Source: a virus
Taxonomy: Duplodnaviria; Caudoviricetes
Strand: one strand, 5' to 3'
IMG/VR virus record: IMGVR_UViG_3300014205_000174
Length of the DNA: 64,000 nt
Shown: positions 38,761 to 48,894 of the stretch, piece after piece
Layout of the letters: each line of letters starts with the position of its first letter
How positions within the stretch are numbered: position 1 is the first letter of the stretch
Notes under the pieces: generated by a model
What the model saw: the letters and a program-made list of their open reading frames with translations, nothing else
Database searches by the model: none
What the model was told of the DNA's origin: nothing
Made by a program: the position numbers and the translations under genes

Positions 38761-39495
38761 ATGCAGACCCGGATAATCATAAATAATATAGAAAAAAATT
38801 TCCAGGATAATTTCAGGCCCAGGGTTCTTCGTGGGCGGAAAGACGCTTTTGTAAATTCGGGAGGCGGCCTTGAGGGCGCGCCTACTGGCGGTATGATTGG
38901 TACCGGAGGCCCAACCCCGCCAGCGCCGAAGCCAAAGTACGATAAGTACGCAGCAAGGGTAATACCAAAACCCGGAATCGAAAGCCTTCCGCCTGTAATA
39001 AATGCTACGCCAACAACTGTTTTACCACCACCACCACCTACGCCACCACCAGTAGTGCATCCTGCTGCCGGTACGATACTGGAGACTTATTGTGCCGGTA
39101 CGAATAGAATGCGTGCATATGCGGATGGTCGTGGCGGAGCAACTACATCTGTATTGGAGACAAACAGCACTAGTTGCGGGTATACTCCTGCGCCACCACC
39201 ACCGCCGGATACAACGACAACTACTACAGTTGTAACCCAGCCTGCGCCTATACCGGATTACGGCAGTAGTGGGCCAGTTAGCGGTGGAAGTATAGGTGGT
39301 GGAGGCGGTGGCGGAAGTGAAGCGCCAATGTCTCCGGGTGGCGGTGCCGGTATGGGCATGCCGGAACCAGAGGCCCCTGTATTGCCGGAAAGCATTCTGA
39401 AAAAAGAAGTAATCAACTGGCCGTTAATTATAGGTGTAGTTGGTTGTTTTGGTGGAGTGTATTGGTACTTAGGCAGGAAGCAGGCAGCAGCGTAG
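38761..39495 (+). CDS. Pro-rich protein with a C-terminal TM and a small Cys-pair module
   Basis: FVNSGG motif; GTILETYC..YADGRGG..ETNSTSCGY; paralogue of 39520. Confidence 0.75.
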   Translation: MQTRIIINNIEKNFQDNFRPRVLRGRKDAFVNSGGGLEGAPTGGMIGTGGPTPPAPKPKYDKYAARVIPKPGIESLPPVINATPTTVLPPPPPTPPPVVHPAAGTILETYCAGTNRMRAYADGRGGATTSVLETNSTSCGYTPAPPPPPDTTTTTTVVTQPAPIPDYGSSGPVSGGSIGGGGGGGSEAPMSPGGGAGMGMPEPEAPVLPESILKKEVINWPLIIGVVGCFGGVYWYLGRKQAAA

Positions 39496-39519
39496 TCACC
39501 AGCAAAATCAGAAACCGAA

Positions 39520-39999
39520 ATGCGAAAAATCATAAATGACATAGACGCTAAATTTAGCAATGCCAATGGAGGTAGTGCTAAGGTGTTATACAATGGAGGT
39601 GGTGCTCAGACATTAGCTCCATTGGAGCCGTCATTTATCGGGATAGGAAATGTTACGCCATCCCAAAGACCGAAGTATGATAAGTATGCACCAAGGGATG
39701 TTGGCAATCCCAATTCAATCGAGTCTGTAGTTCCGGGTATGGGTGGCCCTCCGCCTCCGTCAGATAATCCGGTAGACAATGACATCGATACTGGCGACAA
39801 TACTGGCGACAACTATCCTGGCGGCAATAACAACCAGGGAGACCCGGAATACAACAACAACGACGTTATAACAAATAAGGATGTTAGTTCTTCGGTAGAA
39901 GAAAGCAAGGATAATAAGTCTCTGTTCATTTTTGCAGGGGTTGGCGTAGTTGGTTTATTGGCCGGCATATATTTTTACTTAAAAGGCAAAGAACAATGA
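39520..39999 (+). CDS. C-terminal TM protein
   Basis: FSNANG motif; PKYDKYA shared with 38761. Confidence 0.75.
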   Translation: MRKIINDIDAKFSNANGGSAKVLYNGGGAQTLAPLEPSFIGIGNVTPSQRPKYDKYAPRDVGNPNSIESVVPGMGGPPPPSDNPVDNDIDTGDNTGDNYPGGNNNQGDPEYNNNDVITNKDVSSSVEESKDNKSLFIFAGVGVVGLLAGIYFYLKGKEQ

Positions 40000-40469
40000 A
40001 TGAACAACAAAAGAAATTAGCGGGACAAATTCTTCTTGGGCTTACTGTAGTTGGCGGTATATACCTTTTATATCGCAACAACAGGAAGAATAAGGCAGCC
40101 GTCAGCAATACGGTTATGGATATGCCTCAGCCGCCTGTGATGCCGGTTGTGAATCCAATTAGCCAGGTAGAGAACACTACGCCTATAGATAACTTTGACG
40201 TGGTGAAAGATGTGGTGCCGCCAGTGCCAGATATCCCTATAGTGCCAGTTAATACTGTGGTGCCGCCAGTCACTACACCGGTTAAGCGCGAAGATGTGTT
40301 AATCGGTAATCTCATGAAGGCAATAAATATTCTACCAGGTGGTACTAATCTTGATAAAGCAAAAAGATTCCTTGACGCAAACGGCGTAGACATAAGTACG
40401 CTGGCGGATTCAACCGACCAGGGTATTGTTAATTTTGCAGTAGCTAATGGGTGGAACCCAGCGGCATAA
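39996..40469 (+). CDS. N-terminal TM protein
   Basis: TM followed by a basic cluster and a Pro/Val linker. Confidence 0.7.
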   Translation: MNEQQKKLAGQILLGLTVVGGIYLLYRNNRKNKAAVSNTVMDMPQPPVMPVVNPISQVENTTPIDNFDVVKDVVPPVPDIPIVPVNTVVPPVTTPVKREDVLIGNLMKAINILPGGTNLDKAKRFLDANGVDISTLADSTDQGIVNFAVANGWNPAA

Positions 40470-40480
40470 ATACAGGAACA

Positions 40481-40861
40481 ATGGATAACATACAACTAGG
40501 AAATAATCCGGCTCCAGCGTTGGAAATGCCAAGTCCGGCATTAAGCGCGCCTATGGCCCCACCCGCACCAACCCCAACACCAGCTCCGGTATTGGCCCCA
40601 ACTCCGCCAATGCCTATGCAGTCGCCTGCTATGGGAATTGGGGGTAGTGGGAAGTTTGATTGGCTGCGCGATATCAACTGGATGGAAACAATCATTTGCG
40701 GCTTAGCAGTTGGTGCGCTTAGCTATGTTATTGCCTACTACCGGTTTAAGCTGAAAGAGGATAAGCTCATTGGTGCAGATACACAGCGCCAGTTGGATAA
40801 TCTTGGGTTGAGGCTAGGAAAGACCGAGTCCTCTTTGATACAGGCCGGCATTGCTGTTTAA
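40481..40861 (+). CDS. Pro-rich single-TM protein
   Basis: Likely start at ATG 40481; central TM. Confidence 0.65.
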   Translation: MDNIQLGNNPAPALEMPSPALSAPMAPPAPTPTPAPVLAPTPPMPMQSPAMGIGGSGKFDWLRDINWMETIICGLAVGALSYVIAYYRFKLKEDKLIGADTQRQLDNLGLRLGKTESSLIQAGIAV

Positions 40862-40890
40862 ATCATTAATCACACATAGTTTATAAAAGA

Positions 40891-40917
40891 CGAAAGCCCC
40901 CAAATTGGGGGCTTTCG
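40891..40917. terminator. intrinsic terminator hairpin
   Basis: CGAAAGCCCCCAA-A-TTGGGGGCTTTCG perfect inverted repeat. Confidence 0.75.
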
Positions 40918-41071
40918 CTTACGTGGCAATAGTAAAGAAAAAAACAAACCGAAGTAAAGATAATCAAAATAATTTATTTTTAAAATCAAGGCATTGCGTT
41001 TTTATTTTTCATATTCCTTTATTATCTTTGAAAATCTTTCCAAGTTAGTTTCAAAGCAAACCAATTTAATT

Positions 41072-41515
41072 GTGGCAAATAGGCAACGCACTGACACACA
41101 TAAGCTATTGCATGAGGTTACGCGAACGGTCGAGGAGATAGGAGCAAAGGAGACTTGTGATATACTCATTGAGGCAAGAGCAAAGAATAAGGCCATTGAT
41201 TTTATGGACTTTGTTATTAAGGTGGTCTGTGAAAAATACAATGTTTCTCCCGACGATGTGATTAAAAGTCATAGTGCAGAAAACAAACGGGTTTCTGCAC
41301 TGCGCTTTATTTGTTTTTATTGCTATAATCACGGCATTAAGGGATTGAAAATTAACCAGGAAGAAATTGGTAGTAAACTGAATCGGCGTCAACCACTGAT
41401 TAATAGGTATTCTCAGGAAATGAAGGCGAAAAGGCTGGAGAAGAATACGCAACTGCAAAAGTATTTTACATACTTCGATGTTCAGATAAAGTCATACGGT
41501 AAGAAAACTAAATAA
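41072..41515 (+). CDS. DnaA C-terminal-like HTH DNA-binding protein
   Basis: VIKVVCEKYNVSPDDV..RVSALRFICFY..QEEIGSKLNR; GTG start downstream of a TATCTTTG box (41023-41030). Confidence 0.6.
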   Translation: MANRQRTDTHKLLHEVTRTVEEIGAKETCDILIEARAKNKAIDFMDFVIKVVCEKYNVSPDDVIKSHSAENKRVSALRFICFYCYNHGIKGLKINQEEIGSKLNRRQPLINRYSQEMKAKRLEKNTQLQKYFTYFDVQIKSYGKKTK

Positions 41516-41546
41516 TTAAATCGTTTTATTTAAAATCACACACATC

Positions 41547-42662
41547 ATGCGTAGAGCAAGAAACAACCAGGACGAATTTGAGAATGAAATAACAGAAGGT
41601 GGAGAAAGTAGCTCACAGGTTATAAATGCGGAATCTGTTGAGATAAAGGACGAAAAGAAAAGCGAGTCCATTGCACAAGAGCCATCTAATCCTTACATGA
41701 CTGGTGTGCTCGATGAAAAGACGTATACGCAGGGCGCTCCCATAGACCCTAATTTGGCAAATATGCCGATAGAGGAGCCTGTGTTTATTCCACCCCCTCC
41801 GCCTCCACCGGTATCGGAGCCGGCAGGGCCACCCCCTCCGCCAGTTAACCCGGCACTTAAAGACCTGAATCCCAAGGATAAAAATGTTGCTGCAAAAAGA
41901 GCCGCTGAAATGGCTTTGCAGATGTATGAATACATTCATGAGCTCGGCAATAAGGCGATAACTATCCCCGAGAGCAAATTAAATAAACTTCAGAAGCAGG
42001 CGCTGATAGATTTGGAGACGCCTATGATGTTTAATGGTCAGCAAATAACTATGAAGCAATTCATAGAAGTTTTCAACCAGCAGGCCGAAGGTACGTTTAA
42101 GGTAAGCCAGAAGTTCAAGGATGAAGTGATGCCGCTTCTTATTGAGATATTTGAGAAGAAGGGTATTGGCATGACTACTGAGCAGCAGTTAATGTTCCTT
42201 GTTGGTAAAGACATTGCTGGCAAACTTTCCCTTGCATGGGTTGCTATTCAGCAGCGTAAGGAGATGATTGAAGTAATGAAGGAGCAGACGGAAGCATTCA
42301 AGGCTCAGGCGGAACAGTATAAAGCATGGATGCATGCTCAGCAATCTACCCCGCCGCCACCACCGCCACCACCACCTGCGGCGGAGCAGCCAGTCCCAGT
42401 TCCACCACCACCGCCACCACCTACTCCTAATTTCCCTGGTTCTTACCAGGATTCACAACCTGTTGTTCATTTTAATCAGGACGATGTAATGCTCCCTGAC
42501 CCTGAAGAGCATCGTGGAGTGCCTGGGGAGTTGAATGCACAAGGGTTTGTTGAGAATATGATTAATCCCGGTAAGGCTAAAAGGAATACGGTTAAGCTGC
42601 CGGATAACTCAACTGTGCTAACTGGAAAATCAAGAGGTAAAAATAAATTAAAAGTAAAATAA
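41547..42662 (+). CDS. Pro-rich protein directly upstream of the packaging ATPase
   Basis: 371 aa, poly-Pro tracts flanking a helical core. Confidence 0.75.
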   Translation: MRRARNNQDEFENEITEGGESSSQVINAESVEIKDEKKSESIAQEPSNPYMTGVLDEKTYTQGAPIDPNLANMPIEEPVFIPPPPPPPVSEPAGPPPPPVNPALKDLNPKDKNVAAKRAAEMALQMYEYIHELGNKAITIPESKLNKLQKQALIDLETPMMFNGQQITMKQFIEVFNQQAEGTFKVSQKFKDEVMPLLIEIFEKKGIGMTTEQQLMFLVGKDIAGKLSLAWVAIQQRKEMIEVMKEQTEAFKAQAEQYKAWMHAQQSTPPPPPPPPPAAEQPVPVPPPPPPPTPNFPGSYQDSQPVVHFNQDDVMLPDPEEHRGVPGELNAQGFVENMINPGKAKRNTVKLPDNSTVLTGKSRGKNKLKVK

Positions 42663-42664
42663 TC

Positions 42665-43552
42665 ATGCCTGGTACAAGGGATTGTTTAGTTACGTTAGTG
42701 GTTGGTAAAAAAAAGGTAGGTAAAACACACACTACAATTCAGATGCTTGATGATATCGTCCGTGGCGATATTGCCAATGGCATTAAGCCAAGGAAGGCGC
42801 TGATATTTGATGTGAACAATGAGTTTTCCGACTTTAAGTTTAAGGGCCAGCAGCGAGCTATAAAAGCGTTGTACATAAGGGATATCGCAAGGTTTAGCTC
42901 CAGCAATATTATCGAGATAAGGCGAATACGGCCCTACTTTGACGATGGAAGCCGCATGTCTACTGAGGATATGTCGAAGGTGCTGGCCATCATTATGGAT
43001 AATTACCGGCGCGGGGTGCTACTCGTAGAGGATATAAATAAATATGTTACCGACTCAATCAATGGAGATTTGATAGGCAACCTCGCCACTGCTCGACATA
43101 TAGGATTAGATGTTATATGCCACTATCAGCAGATTTCTCGTGCCGGAAATCCTAAATTATTCGGTAACGCTAACTTTATTCGTTTTCATAAAACCAATGA
43201 TACGGTAGCGCGTCATGAACTGAAGTTCCAGGAGAAGACGGAGCTGTTGCAGTTGGCCGAGAATATAGTTAACTACTACTATAACGTCAAGGGGTATGAG
43301 GAAGACGAAAAGTATAAGTACTTCTTTCTTTGGGTTGATGTAGATGAATCTAAAATAAAGGCTGGCAATTTCAAAATAACGGACGAGGATATTGAGCGTA
43401 GCATTAATGAATATGTATCAGGCAATACCACCAGGCTATTAAAGCCACTCATGCAGCGTCTGGATTTAACAACAAACAAGAAAGTGTTTGCTTCAGAGTC
43501 AGAAGGTATCCGGTATATTATTAAGCAACTCAAGAGAACATACTTTGAATAA
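42665..43552 (+). CDS. A32/P9-like genome-packaging ATPase (FtsK-HerA superfamily)
   Basis: Walker A GKKKVGKT near the N-terminus; Walker B VLLVED; ARHIGLDVICHYQ signature; 295 aa. Confidence 0.8.
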   Translation: MPGTRDCLVTLVVGKKKVGKTHTTIQMLDDIVRGDIANGIKPRKALIFDVNNEFSDFKFKGQQRAIKALYIRDIARFSSSNIIEIRRIRPYFDDGSRMSTEDMSKVLAIIMDNYRRGVLLVEDINKYVTDSINGDLIGNLATARHIGLDVICHYQQISRAGNPKLFGNANFIRFHKTNDTVARHELKFQEKTELLQLAENIVNYYYNVKGYEEDEKYKYFFLWVDVDESKIKAGNFKITDEDIERSINEYVSGNTTRLLKPLMQRLDLTTNKKVFASESEGIRYIIKQLKRTYFE

Positions 43553-43571
43553 TAGTAAGCACTAAGAAACC

Positions 43572-43763
43572 ATGCAAAAAATACTCTCCGACTCTACGCT
43601 GAAAAGATACATCCGCGAAGACAGCAAACTTTCCGACCTACAAAAGACCGCACTCCAGCGCCATAACCACGAAGCACCCGAGTCGTTCGATGCTTGGTTC
43701 TACAATATTCTGGATGACGATGAGCGCGAGGACGTTCGCGAGTTCTTGAATATCAAACACTAA
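43572..43763 (+). CDS. small hypothetical protein
   Basis: 63-aa ORF after the ATPase. Confidence 0.55.
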   Translation: MQKILSDSTLKRYIREDSKLSDLQKTALQRHNHEAPESFDAWFYNILDDDEREDVREFLNIKH

Positions 43764-43847
43764 AAAAGTATTCAAATAATTTTGTTATTCTGGAAACTAT
43801 ATTTACATTTATGCTTTATATATTTTTCAACTAAAATTTTAATTACA

Positions 43848-44039
43848 ATGCAAGAGGGCACAGTTAAGTTTTTTAATGACTCCAAAGGATTTGGATTCAT
43901 TACGCCATCCACAGGTGGCAAAGATATTTTCGTTCATGTATCCGGCACAAAGGATGAAATCCGGGAGAACGACAGGGTATCCTACGAAGTAGAAAATGGT
44001 AAGAAGGGCTTAAATGCCATAAACGTAAGAGTAATCTAG
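43848..44039 (+). CDS. cspA: cold-shock protein
   Basis: MQEGTVKFFNDSKGFGFIT..DIFVHVSG (RNP1/RNP2); ATG at 43848. Confidence 0.95.
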   Translation: MQEGTVKFFNDSKGFGFITPSTGGKDIFVHVSGTKDEIRENDRVSYEVENGKKGLNAINVRVI

Positions 44040-44063
44040 CGCACACACACCACTTTCATTCAG

Positions 44064-44093
44064 AAAAAACCACGCCACCAGCGTGGTTTTTTT
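44064..44093 (+). terminator. intrinsic terminator after csp
   Basis: AAAAAACCACGC-CACCA-GCGTGGTTTTTT. Confidence 0.8.
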
Positions 44094-44409
44094 ATTTTTA
44101 AATATTCCCACAATCTTCATGTCGCTGAAATCCGCTCTACAAGCCACACACAGGCTATTCCACTTTGATAATTATTGTTAATAAAAGGTAAGTGTATTTA
44201 TAAAAAAAGTACAATATTGATAGTATTTCAATAACAGCAAATTACGTAAAAATTAGATTTGTTTACTATTGTTTGTAGATTTGTTTTCCGAAAGGCTATT
44301 TGCATAGCTGATTAAACAAAAAGCATACCAGTACTAATATTCGCTATTTGTATAGCAAAACAATAAATCATTTTTAACTCATTAATCAAACAACTTAAAA
44401 CTAACTTTT

Positions 44410-44538
44410 ATGATGGAGCAAGTTAAGAAACACCTCGGTTTAGGCATTACAGTTGTTGTTGCGGTATTGGTAACAACTAATCTGATTCAGCCAATGATTA
44501 ACAAAGCGAAAATAAGTTCTCCTTCAGTTTCCCAGTAA
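44410..44538 (+). CDS. 42-aa single-TM protein preceding the capsid candidate (not in the ORF track)
   Basis: MMEQVKKHLGLGITVVVAVLVTTNLIQPMINK. Confidence 0.6.
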   Translation: MMEQVKKHLGLGITVVVAVLVTTNLIQPMINKAKISSPSVSQ

Positions 44539-44606
44539 TTCTGGTCTGATGAGTTCAAGGCATTATTAATTGAAATCATTTTGTTTAACTCAAAAAAAAT
44601 CATAAA

Positions 44607-45353
44607 ATGAACAACCGTATTCAAAAGTATTTAAGCCGTAGCCACCGCGAGGCTAATGAAACATATAGCAACTTCGGTGGCGCACAGGGCTTTCAAAGTT
44701 TTGCCGGTGGCCAGGAGCGTTATTTTAACGCTGACGGCGCTGGCGCGGTAATGGCGGATGCGAGCGAATCGCAGCCATATATCCTGCAAATATCAAACTC
44801 TGCGGCTTCTGCTGTATCGAGCTTTGACGTTCTGGGTGCGAGCACCTATTTGCAGAATGTGAGCAACGGTACCTGGTCTTCTGGCAGCCTTACTGTGAGT
44901 GGCGTAACTATCAGTTCGCTGATAACCAACGTAACTTACCAGGACTTCCTGTCACAGTCAAACATCAACCCATTCACCATCGGCCTTACTTACGTACAGG
45001 CAGTTGTGAATAACGCGCAGCCATTCCAGCCGTACACGATAAACACCAAGGACTCAAACGGTAACCAGGCGTTACGTACCATCTCTCCTTTCCTTGACCC
45101 TTACCAGTTCCAGGCAGGTGTGAGCGTGAACAAAACTCCTTACCGCATCGACGGCCTGACAAAGATTACCTTTGCGGCTGTTCTGCCTTCTGCTGTGTTC
45201 TATCTGTTCTTATTCCCTGCTGCAAACGTAAACCCTGCAAGGGCGCTGGGCGACGGCAGCCAGGTTCGCGGCTACGGAAACCCGGATGTAATCCGCAGCA
45301 ACGTTGCCGTAATCAACGGCGGTGGTGCAGTTGCGAAACGCATCGGCGGATAA
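44607..45353 (+). CDS. candidate major capsid protein (beta-rich, possibly single jelly-roll)
   Basis: Strong AAC/TTC/TAC/ATC codon bias; own AT-rich leader and terminator; about 170-aa beta-strand-like core; close to the packaging ATPase. Confidence 0.55.
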   Translation: MNNRIQKYLSRSHREANETYSNFGGAQGFQSFAGGQERYFNADGAGAVMADASESQPYILQISNSAASAVSSFDVLGASTYLQNVSNGTWSSGSLTVSGVTISSLITNVTYQDFLSQSNINPFTIGLTYVQAVVNNAQPFQPYTINTKDSNGNQALRTISPFLDPYQFQAGVSVNKTPYRIDGLTKITFAAVLPSAVFYLFLFPAANVNPARALGDGSQVRGYGNPDVIRSNVAVINGGGAVAKRIGG

Positions 45354-45373
45354 GCAAAATATATTTACCTTTT

Positions 45374-45421
45374 AAAACGGGTGAGGATGGAAGACACATT
45401 CCACCTTCACCCGTTTCTTTT
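45374..45421 (+). terminator. intrinsic terminator after the capsid candidate
   Basis: AAACGGGTGAGG..TGGAA/TTCCA..CCTTCACCCGTTT followed by a T-rich run. Confidence 0.75.
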
Positions 45422-45438
45422 GTATTTAAACTTATTTT

Positions 45439-45807
45439 ATGAATACTACACAATATATAGCTAATACAGCATCTGATGCGGCTGTTGATGTGCTGGGTAA
45501 ATATGGTTTGCAGCCGACCGATAATTCGGAGACATCAATTTCCCGCGCTCTGGATATTATGATAGCAGAAAACGGGGAGCCTGCGCTGAAAGATATGCTG
45601 AATATCCATCCTGATAAGGACGATATTCTTCATTATTTTCAGGCGACAGCCCAGCCACCCGCTATGCAAGGGAATAATAATCACAACGATTACCTCCGTG
45701 ATTCCCGCAATAGCGGGATGAACAATATGTTTGAGGGGGTTTCCAATAAGACAGTGGTGGTAGTTGGTGCAATCCTGATGGCTGCGCTTATTTTACGTAA
45801 TAATTAA
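45439..45807 (+). CDS. C-terminal TM protein
   Basis: IHPDKD motif; C-terminal hydrophobic helix. Confidence 0.7.
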   Translation: MNTTQYIANTASDAAVDVLGKYGLQPTDNSETSISRALDIMIAENGEPALKDMLNIHPDKDDILHYFQATAQPPAMQGNNNHNDYLRDSRNSGMNNMFEGVSNKTVVVVGAILMAALILRNN

Positions 45808-45814
45808 TACTCCT

Positions 45815-46519
45815 ATGGGGCACGAAATGAACGACACAGGGTATAGCGGGTTTGCAGATGCAAGCCAGGACGCGCTGGGTAACTACGGCAGGGATATGAT
45901 ATATTATTCCGTGGTTAACAGGCCCGCTGACGTCGTGACGATATTAAACAGTAACGGAGTTGTGGTGCAAAAGAATGTAGATACTAAAAAACTACACTTC
46001 ATTGCATTAAAGTCAATGACCGAAAGCACAAACATAAAGAATGAGATGGCGGATTTGCTGTATCACGTAGCGACAGGCAATAAGGGGCCGTTTTCGGCAA
46101 CAAAACGAAAGAGCCAGTCACCACGCTACCATGCCACCACGGTCATTAGCACCACTACGACCCGGCATCGTGCAAGTAATTCCTTTGACGGCATTTCCAG
46201 TGATTTGGACTGCGGGGTAAAAGGAGATGCGCCATACAGCTCATTTGCTGACGGGACTACCGACAGCACCAAGGAGGCCGACACGCTTACGTTTAAGGAC
46301 TTATTGGGCAAGAGTTTAGACCTTGCCATCGTGTATATGGCTACACAGGGGAATAAGGGGGTAAGCAAGGAGGTGAATAATGCTGAAGCTGTAGCGAAAG
46401 CAAAAGCTGCCGCCGAGGAAAAGTCAAGACAGCAAAGAAGAAGCTTCCAGATATTTGCCGGGGTACTGATACTTGGCGCATTAGGCTTCGCGGCCTATAA
46501 GTACAGTCAGAAGAAGTAA
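45815..46519 (+). CDS. C-terminal TM protein
   Basis: YSGFAD and YSSFADG motifs; TM followed by KK. Confidence 0.7.
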   Translation: MGHEMNDTGYSGFADASQDALGNYGRDMIYYSVVNRPADVVTILNSNGVVVQKNVDTKKLHFIALKSMTESTNIKNEMADLLYHVATGNKGPFSATKRKSQSPRYHATTVISTTTTRHRASNSFDGISSDLDCGVKGDAPYSSFADGTTDSTKEADTLTFKDLLGKSLDLAIVYMATQGNKGVSKEVNNAEAVAKAKAAAEEKSRQQRRSFQIFAGVLILGALGFAAYKYSQKK

Positions 46520-46566
46520 AAAAAAACTAAGTTTTTTCATCCATTTTATCACATAAAAATTATTGT

Positions 46567-46740
46567 ATGAGTAAAAATCAAAAGTACTTGTTAATCGGGG
46601 TTGCAATAGTCGGCGTGGTTTTGTATTTGAACCACAGCAAAAAAGAAAAAGCAACTGCCGGTGCTGCGCCAGCGCCACCAGATGCAGCCACGACAAATTT
46701 TGCCGGTAATGAGCGAATGTTCTCAAGAATTATTGCATAA
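46567..46740 (+). CDS. 57-aa single-TM protein (not in the ORF track)
   Basis: MSKNQKYLLIGVAIVGVVLYL...TNFAGNERMFSRIIA. Confidence 0.7.
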   Translation: MSKNQKYLLIGVAIVGVVLYLNHSKKEKATAGAAPAPPDAATTNFAGNERMFSRIIA

Positions 46741-46970
46741 TGGCGGAAAATAAGGCACAATCCATAATGGATAAGGTAAAGGCGCTTCAAAACGCTGACC
46801 AAGACCAGCTCCTCCTTGAAAAAAGTAGAGGGACGATTACCTCTACTCTTATAGGCGCAGGAGCTGGCCTGGTCATCGCCTACAACCGTAAATGGAGCAT
46901 GATAATGGGCGCTATAGTTGGGGCCACAATAGCCGGACTTGTAAGTAATATTATTATCAATAAAAAGTAA
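46740..46970 (+). CDS. glycine-zipper membrane protein
   Basis: GAGAGL / GAIVGATIAG. Confidence 0.65.
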   Translation: MAENKAQSIMDKVKALQNADQDQLLLEKSRGTITSTLIGAGAGLVIAYNRKWSMIMGAIVGATIAGLVSNIIINKK

Positions 46971-46974
46971 TTTT

Positions 46975-47205
46975 ATGCAGGAGCAGGATATCGCCAAAGA
47001 CAATGCTGACTTGAAAGACGAAATTGCTCGTCTTCATAAGCCATCAATGTCTAATGGTCTGGCTGCAATAGGTAGCGGGATAGGGCTTATTTACGGCATC
47101 GCCAACCAGAAACGCTGGTGGTTTGTTATACTGCTTATGGTGGCCGGAGGTGGTATTGGCCGTGGGGCTGGTTACGTTATTGAAAGTAACAAAAAGTGTA
47201 AGTAA
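46975..47205 (+). CDS. glycine-zipper membrane protein
   Basis: GSGIGLIYG / GGGIGRGAG. Confidence 0.65.
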   Translation: MQEQDIAKDNADLKDEIARLHKPSMSNGLAAIGSGIGLIYGIANQKRWWFVILLMVAGGGIGRGAGYVIESNKKCK

Positions 47206-47232
47206 TATTATAAATAACAGCTTCATAAAATA

Positions 47233-47271
47233 GTATAGTTTGTATTATTAACGTATAGTTTGTATATTTAA
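47233..47271 (+). repeat. 19-bp direct repeat immediately upstream of the TnpB-like gene
   Basis: GTATAGTTTGTATATTTAA at 47233-47251 and 47253-47271. Confidence 0.85.
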
Positions 47272-47280
47272 GAAGCAATT

Positions 47281-48894
47281 ATGACGACCATCTTATTAAA
47301 AATAAGCAACAGCAAGGACGTAGGCCGGAGCATACTGGATATGCAGCGGAACTACTCCGGCATGTTCCGGCATATGTACAGACATGCGGAGTTGCTTAAA
47401 GATAAGGGGTTTGAGATGGAGTGCCGCAATCGTTTTGGCCTGGATAGCTGGATGTACCGGAGCTGCCTGGTAGACGTCCTTACCAAGCTGCAACAGATAA
47501 AGACCATCAACAAAAATAAGTCAGACCTGCTGGAATCGCTTGAGCAGGAATTAACCGAACTTAATGCGGCTACAGAAAAAGGCATAAAGTACCGCCGTCA
47601 CAAGTTCAGCGTTATGCGCAAGATTGCACACCTGCGGCAATCAATAGACCGGGAAGTTACCTTTGGCGGACGCCAGACACTGCGTAAGATATCTTATCTG
47701 CACAATACAACCACGCGCACAAGGAAAGAAAAAGATAAAAAGCAGCGGGACATAACCGCGTGGACTGAAAAGTATCATCAAACCAGATTGCAGCCTATAA
47801 CTATTATTGGCGAGGCCCCACAGCGCTCAAACCGAAAGTTTGACTTCGATTTCACGAACAAGCGCGTAATATACAAGCCATGCATGGGCATAAAGATACC
47901 GGTACTCTTCTACTGCTCGCAGGGCCAGTCCAGGCAACTGGAGCAACTTCAGGGCCTTATTGGCAATCTGGCAATAACCGTTCAACTTGCCGGCGATAAG
48001 CTTTACATCGTCTATGACGAAGAGAGTGTCGCGGGCTACGCCTTCAATGATAATGCCTGCTCCCGAGAAATGAGGCTGATACCAAAAGGAAGCGATAAGC
48101 AGGTGTTCAGGGACTGTAAGAAGAAGTGGCACAAAGAGCGCGAGGAGCGCATGTTATCGGGCAAGAAAGAGAGCAGGGTCATATCCTTTGACCTGAATCC
48201 GGAATATATAGGCGTGGCGGTACTGGAAAAGATAAGCGGCACCAACTACCGCATCCTCCATAAGATAGTATATAACCTTACCGGCCTAAATACCCGCATG
48301 GGGCTATCATCATCAAACCCTACGCAGGTCTACCAGAATAACAGGCGCGACCATGAGATTAAGGAAATATGGAAACAGATATTCAACATTGCCAAACACT
48401 ATAATGTAAGCGGCTGTGCATATGAAGACCTTGAATTTAAGAGCAAAGGCGTGAATGACGCCCCGAAGCAGGCCAATAGGAAAACAAAGAATATCTGGCA
48501 CAGGGAGCTTACATTAAAACTGATTACTAAACACTGCTCTGTACTGGGCATAAAAAAGATTGCGGTGAACGCATGTTACACTACGTTCATCGGTAATATC
48601 AAGCATCCTTACTTCGACCCATTAAATGCCGCTATAGAAACCGGCAGGCGGGGAATGATGCAATTTGAAGGTGGATTCTACCCATCGTTGGAGAGAACAG
48701 ACCTTGACACCATGTCCCGTTTGTTCGGGTTGGATGTTCAGGGTAAAACTATTTCTACGTGGTTGGATGCACACAAAGCTTTCAAAACTGCGCAATTGAG
48801 ATACCGCAGGGACTTGCAGCAATGTAAGTTCGAAGAAACAAATCTGTTAACTCATAAAAATCCAGTCAAACAACTGAATTTTTATACAAACTAA
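47281..48894 (+). CDS. divergent TnpB/Cas12f-like RuvC nuclease without a Zn finger
   Basis: ISFDLNPEYIG (RuvC-I), AYEDLEF (II), VNACYTTFIG, DPLNAAIETGRRG (III). Confidence 0.75.
   Translation: MTTILLKISNSKDVGRSILDMQRNYSGMFRHMYRHAELLKDKGFEMECRNRFGLDSWMYRSCLVDVLTKLQQIKTINKNKSDLLESLEQELTELNAATEKGIKYRRHKFSVMRKIAHLRQSIDREVTFGGRQTLRKISYLHNTTTRTRKEKDKKQRDITAWTEKYHQTRLQPITIIGEAPQRSNRKFDFDFTNKRVIYKPCMGIKIPVLFYCSQGQSRQLEQLQGLIGNLAITVQLAGDKLYIVYDEESVAGYAFNDNACSREMRLIPKGSDKQVFRDCKKKWHKEREERMLSGKKESRVISFDLNPEYIGVAVLEKISGTNYRILHKIVYNLTGLNTRMGLSSSNPTQVYQNNRRDHEIKEIWKQIFNIAKHYNVSGCAYEDLEFKSKGVNDAPKQANRKTKNIWHRELTLKLITKHCSVLGIKKIAVNACYTTFIGNIKHPYFDPLNAAIETGRRGMMQFEGGFYPSLERTDLDTMSRLFGLDVQGKTISTWLDAHKAFKTAQLRYRRDLQQCKFEETNLLTHKNPVKQLNFYTN

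Noticed and set aside
43782-43847. TTG-start extension of the cold-shock ORF
   Set aside because: The Csp domain begins at ATG 43848; upstream is an AT-rich leader
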